A stretch of 57,752 nucleotides of DNA, the filler included, from Basidioascus undulatus (lineage: Eukaryota), in NCBI GenBank assembly GCA_000826855.1. It is 6 parts of 6 records of this genome, joined end to end, with 100 filler letters (N's around TTAATTAATTAA, not from the genome) between each part and the next. Parts side by side here need not be neighbours in the genome. Positions count along the whole stretch, not along the records: positions 48,260 to 57,752 come from JTLS01001247.1; 5 more parts are not named here. One strand, 5' to 3'. Shown one piece after another: positions 48,260 through 57,752 of the stretch; the stretch's first letter is position 1, and every line of letters starts with the position of its first letter. Position numbers and translations under genes: made by a program. The notes under the pieces were generated by a model, which had not been told where the DNA came from, searched no databases, and saw nothing but the letters and a program-made list of their open reading frames with translations.

Positions 48260-51027
48260 CCGCCACCGCCGCCTGGCTTCTCGCCTGCTGCCTTCCCTCC
48301 TCCGCCTCTCGCTCCTCCGTTCCCCAACCTCTCCAGCCGCTCAAGCCCGGCGACCACCGCAGCCGGCACGCCGTGGGCCTCGCCGCAGTTCGGCAACCCG
48401 CAGTCGCGGCCGTCCTCGCTCATGTTCCAGATGGGCCAGCCCCGCAAGGCGGTCCCGATGTCGGCGTCGCGTAAGATGAAGCAGCTCCAGTGGGACAAGA
48501 TCAACCAGCTGCACCTCGAAAAGACCGTCTGGGGTCTGACAGAGGAGGCGCCCGAGGCGGAGTGGATGACGCAGCTCAAGCGCAACGGCGTGTGGATCGA
48601 GCTCGAGGAGGACTTCAAGAGCAAGCAGATGGTGCTCAATTTCATGAGTGAGTCGTGGCGATGCTAGTTCCCGGCGGGCGAATGGCTGATTGCGTTGCTA
48701 CTGCGCTTCGCAGACGCAAAGAAGAACAGCGACCTCATTAGCGTTCTCGATCCGGCTTCGCAGAAGCGTATCGGTGCGTGCCCTCCCCCTGCAGGCATTC
48801 GCGGAAACGCGTGCTGATGTGCTTTCTTCGTGCAGAGATCGTCATGCAGCGCGTGAAGCAGTACGCGCCCGAGGAGATCGCGCGCAAGATCCTCGAGTTC
48901 GACGAGGGCTTCTGCACGCAGCCGTTCCTCAGCGAGCTCAAGCCCGTCCTGCCTTCGCCTGAGCAGATCGGCAAGCTCAACACGTACAAGGACGCCACTC
49001 CGGACGTCCTTGTCACGCTGCATCCCGCCGACCGGCTCATGGTCCAGCTCATCAAGATCGAGCGGCTCAGCCCGCGCATCGAGGGCATGCTGTACAAGTC
49101 CACGTTCGAAGAGTCTTACTCGCTGCTGTCCGAGGTGTGCCGACTGCAGGAGTCAAGACTACTTCCGGGTGCTGACCCACACTTCCTTCGCAGAGCACAA
49201 TCCAAGTTCAGGAAGCGGCCGAGGCGCTCATGAAGGCGCCGCATTTCACCGAGCTCTTGAAGGTCTGTCGTTGGGGTGGTAAACACTTGAGTGCGCCCGC
49301 TGACTACAGCCGAACCTTCTCACAGCTCATCCTCGTCATCGGCAACTACATGAACGCGTCGGGCATCAAGGGCGGTGCGTTCGGCTTCCGAATCACCAGT
49401 CTGAACAAGGCAAGCTTCATCACACACTTGCCTCTCAAGTATCGCTAACGTAGAAACTATTGCCTTCAGATGGTCGATACCAAGGCTACCAACGGCTCCA
49501 CGCTTGTTCACTTCCTCGAGCGCACGGTCGCCAAGCACTTCCCGGACATGGAGGAGTTCCTGGTCGAGCTGTCGAAGCCCGCGGATGCCTATCGAGGTAA
49601 GCCATGCCTGACGTCTATCGATGGAAGCCACGGCTGACTTGTCGTCCGGGCGCAGTCAACCTGCAGGACGTCCGTAAGGGCCTAGGCGAGCTCCGCGAGG
49701 GTCTCAAGCGTCTGTCCAAGGAGCTCGAAGACCACTTTGTCGACATCGACGACCTCCCCGCAAATGATGGATACCCGCGCAAGATGTGGCGCTTCTCCGC
49801 GTCTGCGCGAGAACGGCTGGCGGCGCTCGTCGACCGCGTCACGCTGGCCGAGGCGACGTTCGAGAACACCGCGCAATTTTACGGCGAGATCGACAAGACT
49901 CCGACATCGTCCGAGTTCTTTGGCGTCTTCAAGACCTTCGTTACCTCTTATCGGGTGCGTCATTCAGATATATTGCTCGTGAAAACGTCAAGCTCATCAC
50001 CTCAACGGTGCTCACAGAAATGCAAGAACGACAACCAGAGCCTGGCGGAGGAGAAGGCTGCTCTGGAGAAGCGTCGCGCGGTATGTATAGACGTGCCTTT
50101 TGTCTGCAACATGTCCACTAATACACGCATTCGCAGGCGGCCGAGCTACGACAAAAGGAGCGGGCAGCCGCCGCCGCCGCTCAGCAAGACGAAAACGGCA
50201 CGTCCGTCATGGACAACTTGCTCGAGAAGCTTCGACAAGGGGACGGCGGCGGCGGCGGTGGCGGCGGCGGTCGCACGCGCCGCGCACGACGCGCACGTCG
50301 CGACGGTTCAGGGTCGCTCAAGCCGTCGACTGGTCCGTCGATGTTCGCGCAGGCCGGAGGCGAGGCCGCGATGGCCGCCGACATGCTCGCCTCGCTTCAG
50401 CGAGATGGATTCTTGTCGCCGAAGCCCAAGCAGGAGTCGTTTGATTCGAGTCGACCGCCGTCCGACGCCGTGGACGACTCGACTGCCGACTTGCTCGCAT
50501 CCGCTCAGGCCGCTATAGCCGCCGATTTCGCACCGTCCGATAACACCGCTGCGCACGAATCGAGCGCTTCCCTGGACGGCGCCTCTGCGTCTGCGACCGA
50601 GACCGAGAGCACAGAGACGGTTAACGCCAACGCGGGCGATGAGGTGCGCGCGAGCGACCAGGACGAGGAGGTCGCCCCATCACCTGGAGACGTCCAGACG
50701 GAGCACGCGGACCCCGACGAGACCGACGAGACCGACGAGACCGACGCCGAGGCCGATGGTCAAGCTGGCGACGAGGATCCACCCGACTCGCCGGACGACG
50801 CTTCGGAAACGCTCGGCCAGCCATCGACGGCCGGTGACGAATCTGCCGACTCAGCTGCCGCCTCCGAGACGGAGAAGTCGCAGCAACCCGCGGCCGCTGC
50901 GGCTGGTGACTCGGACCCGGAGCAAATGTCCCAGCTGCGGCCACCCGCTGCAACGGTTCCCGGCGATGGCGACGATGACGGTGAAGGCGACGAGTCGTTC
51001 TCCCATTTAGGCGAGCTCATAGTTTGA
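48260..51027 (+). CDS. Formin (FH1-FH2-DAD; SepA/Bni1-like), 5' truncated
   Basis: Poly-Pro FH1 end; KMKQLQWDKI; LVIGNYMN...GGAFGFRITSLNK|MVDTK; EFFGVFKTF; DAD-like MDNLLEKLRQG followed by a basic RRARRARR; acidic tail. Confidence 0.93.
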
Positions 51028-52530
51028 TCTCTCGATCGGACGCGGCCGCACGTCTTTCTTCTTTCACCTTCCTTCCTCTCTTTCCCATTCCGATATCTAC
51101 GATCCCGCTGCTGGATTTGTACAGTGATTGTCATTCCGCTCATGCCTGCACTTCCCATTCTCTCCTTTGGCAAAACTCTTGAGTCGATCCTGCCTTCCTG
51201 CAACTTCATAGCATCGCATACCCCCGTTCTTGCCTTACCATATACTCGTGTACTTCCATCGCTTGCCTTCATACCCACTGCATTGTCTGCTCCCCTGGCT
51301 GTCTGGCTGCCTTGTCTTGCGCATTGCTTCGAGTCGCGAGTGTCTGTGTCAATCAATTCGAGCGCGCGACGAACCGTTTCTGGTGCTGCGAACTAATGTG
51401 CCTTCTCCGGAGTGCCAGTAATGTACTGGGAGCGCGGAAAAGGTATACATTCAAGTGCTTTCATTGTGCGGGTGGGTAGCAGGGCAACTAGGTTACATAC
51501 AGAGGAGCGTGCGATGGCTGAGGACCTCCTTCTCGAGCCGAGCGTCCAGTCATTCAAGAAGTGTTTTGGGTTTATCTTCCATCTGGCCTAAGTTCCATGT
51601 CCCGGGCGACATTCTCTCTTGAAAGGAAGTCAGTAATTTCATGCGCAGTCGGCCCAGGCCGAGCCGCTGCACTCTCACGACACGCAGCTGTACTGCACTA
51701 CGGCCTGGGCCACGCAGTCTAAAGGCGACGGTGTAACCCTGTCACATAAAGCATAATGCAACTAGCCTCTAATCCGGAATTCCGCTGATTTCAAAGTAAC
51801 GGACCTTTCAAGATAGTCCAAGTCCTCGCAGTTGCGGCCCTTCAGATACATCGACCTGTCAGCTCGAACGGGGGCTGACCACCAAACCCCTCTGAAATAT
51901 TCTATAATCCTCTGAAAAAGTGTAAACTGAGAGAAATCGGAGCAATTTCCGAACCCATTCGGGTATCTTGGACCTCTCAGGGGCATTACTCGCGCACCCT
52001 GAGGAGCACAGGCATGCGTCTGTCTCAACAGGATCCCTAAGGCAAGCACGAAAAACAGCGGAAGCCGACTGTATCAATGGCATGCACGGTGGAATGGTCT
52101 ATTTGTGTTTTGTAACGTAGGTCTGCCTCTCCACTCTTGCCGTTCGCCATTACCTTCCCCCCACGTTCAACATGTCTCTCTTGCAACCTATGCATTCAAC
52201 CTCCGCCCTCGAGGCGTGGCCAGAAAGTATTTCCATCAAGCGCCCTCTTATCTACATCTTGGGGCTCCCGTCGCGCGTTGGAGATCATGAGCTGCAGCGC
52301 GTCTTCGCTGAAGAATGCGAGTGAGGGAGAGTTTGGTAAGACTAAAAGTGTGATGGCTTGGCGTGAAGGAATTATACTGACTCCAGCTCAAGGATCAATA
52401 ACCTCAGAGGACCGCGGACAATGGATCCGATTGGAGATGGCTCGACCGTCGAGTTTCTTTGTGTCAGCGCCGGTTCGTCTGAAATCGTGCGTCCGGTGCT
52501 TGACGTGCGCTCATCAGGATCCTCCGGTTC

Positions 52531-53717
52531 ATGCAGCGGAGCGGGCCTATGCATGTTTTGCGAGGAATGTCTCTTTCTCGTAGCGTCCTCAGTCTGCGCA
52601 TCTCTTTCGACAACGATCCTCGGCCAGAAGCACCCGAGCTGGCCGTATACGACATGCCGGTGTCTTCCTCCTGCGCACACCAAGCGGCGTCCCGCTGCTT
52701 CTCGCTGCTCAGAAGCTACGGTCCAAAGTTTTGCTGTGTCCTCTGTCCAGTCGACCGCGTCGCTACTGTGCTGTTCTAAAAACTAGCCGACGCGGACACG
52801 GCCCGCACTGCGCTCAACAGTGCCAACCCCCAAAAGATCGGCCTCGTCTATCGTTGCAACGTGTACGTCGGCTGGACGGAGACATCTGCGGTGGGCGAGG
52901 ACGAGCTTTCAGCCACATTGAAGGAGATTGGCGAGGTCGTCACCTCGTCGTCGCCTGATGGGCACCGCAATTGGAATGGCTGCCGGTGCCGTTTTTCCGA
53001 TTCGCCCAGCCGGAGGACACTTGCAAGTGACATCCATTATCAGGAGGTGAATTCTTAGCTAATCTCCAGTTCATATTTAGAGTAACACTGCAGCACCTCA
53101 TGGGTTTCGGCGTCTCAGCCGCGAGACTGCACAAGAAGCTCGTCCGGCCCACTGCGCACTACGTCGGATGGCCTGATAAGCCTCCTCCATCCGTAGGGCG
53201 CCACGGTAGACTACGACGCTCCGAGTTCTAGAGGGTGCCATACCCTCGTCGTTCACGCTCTCCGCCTCCTCGCGGGGGTATCGAACAAACGTCTTCAATA
53301 CAGTGCATCTCTGAGCCCTTGGAGCGGCGCTCCCGCTCGCCATACTCCACACGCCGTCTTCGCTCTCAGTCGCCTTACCCTCGCCATCGCTCAACCACGA
53401 GCCCTGAAGCTACGCTTGAATATGACGACGATGGCAAGGACGTGCTTCTTCGCCGCTTCCGTCTACGTCTTGCAGCCAGCCAGCCAAGAACGACATGGCG
53501 AGGCGGCACCACCGAAAATGCCAGGGACTACCTCTCTGCGTTGTTTCCAGGAGAAGCCCGACTCGACGCCCACGCAGCTGCAGCCGGAGGCCACGCGCAC
53601 GCCGGCCTTGCATCACCTTTCGAGCACGATCGCGCAGCCGTCCGCGGCCCACGCAGCTCCGCCTCCTTTCCGGTCGCTGGACCTTTCCGGAACTGGTCTA
53701 TCATGCTTCAGCCCTGA
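52531..53717 (+). pseudogene. Possible pseudogene of a two-RRM, RS-rich RNA-binding protein
   Basis: One frame reads SYGPKF...ATVLF*KLADADTARTALN...NVYVG...EDELSATLKEIGEV (stop 52777-52779). Later RRSEF*RVPYPRRSRSPPP...RRSRSPY...RSQSPY. Confidence 0.4.
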
Positions 53718-54374
53718 AGCGGACCAACGAGCCTCGGGCGAGACAGGGTACGTTGTTGGGCAAAGAGCAGGTGAAATTCTTCATCAACTGACTGCATTGT
53801 GCTTTACAGTCCTCGTCTCTCTCAGTCCGCGTCCGACGGGGCTCGAAAGCTCTTCGAAGAAACCCTTACCGCTTTCGCAGACCTCGCTCCGCCTCCGAGA
53901 GTGCGTTGACTCAAGCATCAATCTTTCGCATCGGACCTCCAGACTCGCTGTCGTCCTTACTTGATACTATCCGACCCTCTCCACAGCCTCAAACTCAGAT
54001 TTCGAAACGTCTTTAATCCCTGCTGCGGCTTCCTATTCACGTACATATATTATACTTTCTCGCAATTTTTGCACTCGCGCACATGAAACATTTCTTCTGT
54101 CGGTTACGTCTGCAGCTGGTCCGAGTCAGCACGCCGGACACACGACGTTGGCTTGGGCGGGAAAGCACAATCAAGGAAGGCTTTTGTCGTTTCAGAATCA
54201 TTTCCACCTGCAAGATTGGAAGTGAAAAAGACTGGGAAGGGCGGCTGGCGGCTGGAGCCTGTCACAGCGGCCGTTTGACAGCCCAACAGGCACTCCTTGC
54301 CGGAGCAGCACGGCTTGACGCTTGCCCTCAACCACCACTCACGCTCCTCCTCGCCTCCTTTCCGCATCACCATC

Positions 54375-55207
54375 AGTGCGCTTCATCCTTCGCCTTCAAT
54401 CCTGCCATATGGAAGCTGAATATTCTGCTGCCCTCTAGTGTCCTTCCCCGCTAAGCAGTCCGTCTAATAGCTCCTTCGCCGGCCTTCTTCGCTCACGGCT
54501 TCACCTTCGCTCGCAGGGACCTCCCTCCCCCCGGCGGTTTCGGAGCCGTCAAGTACAAGCGCTCGCTCCCCGTTCGCGGGCCCAGCGGCGCGGTCATATT
54601 TGGTGGCGTTCTCGCGATCTCTGCGTACGGCTTTTACAAGGTCGGCCAGGGTAACATCGAGAAGCGGTGCGTCTTACGCTTCCCATGCCTCAGACGAGGA
54701 GGGCAGGGCCTGGTGGAGCACACCTCGTCAGTGGGCGCGGCTAGCGTCCGGAGGGTCCTGTGTAGCGAGAAGGTGTACGCTGCGGTCATGGACGGGCGGG
54801 CTGCCGCTTGCATCGTCTTCGGCGCTGGAGTTCCCGTCCCAAGCTCGCCTTCAACCCCCCTTGCTGGCACCTTTCGCCGGCTCCTGATTGCTTGACGCTC
54901 ACAAACCTTTCTCCCCCATGCTACCAGTGAGCTCGAGCGCGAGAAGATGTGGTCCCGGTTCCACCTCGTCCCCGCGCTCCTGGCCGAGGCCGACCGGGAC
55001 GCGTACCGGAGGGATGTCGCCGCGAAGGCGCGCGAGGCGGAGATCATGAAGGACGTGCCGGGCTGGGAGGTGTGTCGTTGCTCATCTCGGTGGAAGACGA
55101 GACGGGGTCACTGATGGTGATGGACATGGGGGTATCGGACGGTGCAGGTGGGCAAGAGCGTCTACAACAACCCGCGGTACGAGCCGTCCTCGATCGTCGT
55201 TCTGTAG
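54375..55207 (+). CDS. NDUFA13: NADH:ubiquinone oxidoreductase subunit A13 (GRIM-19/B16.6)
   Basis: MSFPAKQ|DLPPPGGFGAVKYKRSLPVRGPSG...GNIEKR|ELEREKMWSRFHLVPALLAEADRD...MKDVPGWE|VGKSVYNN...VVL*; start codon appears split A|TG. Confidence 0.93.
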
Positions 55208-55909
55208 ACAGGGTAGAAGGGATGAAGGGATGGCTCTGCAACGGTCGCATGGATACCAACACTCGCTCTCGGAGACGTGGGCCGCAAGCGGGGGCGCTCG
55301 ACGTGAGGTCTGGCTGACCGCTCACCGCGACTGACCGAGCTTCTTTTCGCAACCACCGTCGCTTTCCACCTTGGAACTGCTACAGCCTCCTTTCACGTCA
55401 TGTCTCTGCTGGTCTGGTGCGTTGGGCCCCCTCAAACCGCGCAATCTGGTCTTGAGCTGCGTCTCGAACGCGGCGGACCAATCTCAGGCGACCGATTTCA
55501 TTTTCCTCACTGGCCGCCCCTAGGTTGCGCGTACACATACTCATTTTCCTCGCTCAAATTGTCGAGCAATTTCCTTCAGCTCACTACCTTTTCCGACCTT
55601 CGCTTCGCGTTCGATCGCGGTTCCGCATTTGTCGAACTGTCGCCTCGTAGGCGGAGTCCACAAACTCACCTCCGTCGCACTCCCATTACTCTCTGTTGCC
55701 ATATCTGCGGCGCAGGAAGCTGCCCTTCAACTCCAGACAACTGCGCTTTACGGGCGCGGCAACGGTTGTACACCGGTACCAGCGCAGGCGCAGGGCACTG
55801 AACGCTGACCGCATTGACGATCTTCGCATCCAGCAGGCGACTTGCAGTATTAGTTGATGATCTAACGTATAACAGACAAGACGTCTCAATTCTGGCTAGT
55901 AGCAGCCGC

Positions 55910-57721
55910 TCACACCACAGCAACCGCCGACGCGACCAGCACGCCGACAGCGCACGCAGCGACTCCCCGCGTCCAGCCCAACCTCTCCGCGCCGGAGGCA
56001 GCGCCGACCTGCAGCGTGTCCGTCCCCACAGTGTCGGCCACGACCTGTGCCGGAGCCGAAGCCGTGCTTGTCCCAGCCGTCGAAGAACTCGAGCTCCCTG
56101 GGACGGACGACGCGCTCGGACTCGTGCTTGCTCGTGCACTTGAGGTGGAAGTCGCACCCGCAGCGCTCGCGCTCGAACTCGGACTCTCACTCGTGCTCGC
56201 ACTGGTGCTCGAGCTCGTCTCCGATGCGCTCTCCGCAGGCCCACTCGCGCCAGGCCCCGCAACCTCCCGTTCCTCCACGGCGCCCACGTTCCCATCCGCA
56301 TTGACATACGCGCGCCGCCCAAATGCATTGGGAACGTTGCGCGTGTCCCACCCCGCGGGGCGGGCGAGCGGGAACGTCTCGATGAAGGCTTGCACCGCGC
56401 TCGGGTTCACCTCGTGCTCGAGGGGCATGCACCCCCGCGCCCCGGGCGAGCTGCCAAATATGGAAGACAGATCCGTCTTGACGCTGTCAAGCGTCACGCC
56501 GGAGCCGTCGCCTCCGGGCCCGCTGGAGAGGCGCCAGTCGTTTGTGTCTGGGGGGTGGCAAGATGTGAGGGAAGGGAGTGGGCGAGAGGGATAGAGATGC
56601 ACGCACCCCGGCTCCAGATAACCGTTTGGAGGCCGAACACTTCGGACGCGATCGCCCGCACGCGGTTGTCCGTGTCCCCGAAGGGCGGGCGGATGAACGC
56701 AGGGAGCCGACCACCTGAGAAGGCAAGGGTTAAGCCCTGAGCTAGGAGCTGAGAAAGACGGAAAAGAGGGACGGCGAGACGGACCAGTCAGGTCGGACAC
56801 GATCTGCATGTGCCATCCGAGCTCGCCGACGATCTCATCGTTCGTCTGCGTCGTCAGGTACCTGCGCCCGTGGACGGATCGTTAGCCGTGCAAACCTCGG
56901 TGCGTTGGAGGTGTGGTGCGGGACGGACGAGTGCGACCTGCGAGCGCCAACGAAGTAGCAGAAGACCTGTCAATGTTGAGCGCGGACAGCAACGCACCAC
57001 GTATGTACAGCAATGTTGCCTTTTCGCACCATCCCATCGCCTTGTCAGCGCTTTTATTTCAAAATAGACTCTCCCTCCCCAGAAGTGCAGCGCCTACCTC
57101 CCGCGTTGAAAGCGTCCATGAACAGGTCCGGGTTCTCGAGGATGTTCGAGCCTGTGTAGCGCCGAGTGCCGGTGTTCAGTGCTCAGCGCTATTCGCCTTT
57201 CGGCGCCTGATAGACTACTCGTATAACGCACCGATCATGAAGTGCGTAGCGCTCTGGTTGTTTGCGGCGAGGAACTTGACGAGCTCGCGGCCGTCTGCAG
57301 TCGGGCTGTTGAAGAGGGCAAAGCGGCGTCGGCAGCTGCACTTGAGGGAGCGTTCAACCGGAAGGCGTAGTAAGGAATACTTGCCCGTCGTCAAACGAAA
57401 TTGCCAGGACGCCCGCGGGCGTTTCCACCAAGCTGTCCCCCCCCCCCCAAACACGAGCGCATCAGCCTCCCCTCCCTCTTCCACTCCCTGCAAAAGCACG
57501 TACTCGTCTCCCGCAAAGCACCCATTCGAGCTCCACGCGCACGCGCCCTCAGGGCCCAAGTCCGTCCCGTCCGGGTACTGGGGCGCCTGCCCCTCCGTCA
57601 GCTGCGCGACGGGCACGTCGGGGATCCGGCCCTCGTCGATGGCGGCCTGGAGGGCGGCGAGCCAGGCTGGCTTGGCTTGCGGCCCGGGAATGAGGGAGGG
57701 CGGGTAGATGGAAAGCCATTC
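55910..57721 (-). CDS. GPI-anchored chitin deacetylase (CE4/NodB), 5' truncated
   Basis: AISFDDG|P, ATHFMIG|SN, IAVHTW|SHS|YLTT, RPPFGD, IWSR|DTNDW and PLEHE motifs; S/T-rich tail and hydrophobic GPI-type C-terminus. Confidence 0.9.
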
Positions 57722-57752
57722 TGTGTTTGAGAGGAGGGGGCGGCGGTTAGAG

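Noticed and set aside
50716..50745. GACGAGACC x3 repeat and nearby GGC run in the formin
   Set aside because: Ordinary coding microsatellites in a disordered tail.
52777..52779. Stop-codon reassignment to explain in-frame stops
   Set aside because: Conserved genes end normally at TAA, TAG and TGA; the internal stops occur only in degraded regions.

Overview
Intron-rich, GC-rich fungal nuclear DNA, most likely a basidiomycete yeast (inferred from short introns with GTGCGT/GTGAGT/GTCCGT donors and CTGAC/CTAAC branch sites, plus gene content). The window is not contiguous. It is six contigs (9573, 9559, 9555, 9544, 9528 and 9493 bp, strictly decreasing) joined by artificial 100-nt N44-TTAATTAATTAA-N44 linkers, so neighbourhood across linkers means nothing. 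Recognisable genes: tandem coronin (Coro7/POD-1 type), Cdc14, a RanBP2-zinc-finger/SIM C-terminus, a MYND-finger protein, an ACC-synthase-like PLP enzyme, a GH17 beta-1,3-glucanase, delta8-sphingolipid desaturase, an Ariadne RBR E3 ligase, a divergent protein kinase, a RING/TRAF-finger protein, a multi-BRCT protein, short/branched-chain acyl-CoA dehydrogenase, proteasome alpha1, formin, NDUFA13 and a chitin deacetylase, plus tRNA-Glu(CTC) and two intron-containing tRNA-His(GTG) genes. Between them lie F-box-like genes, pseudogenes and CpG-poor probable transposon relics. I found no convincing novel multi-gene system. The best leads are in gene architecture (an intron-split start codon, three GC-AG introns, microexons carrying catalytic residues, long hairpin-rich introns), the ACC-synthase-like enzyme and the decaying accessory genes. 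All exon structures were assembled by eye and no database searches were run.
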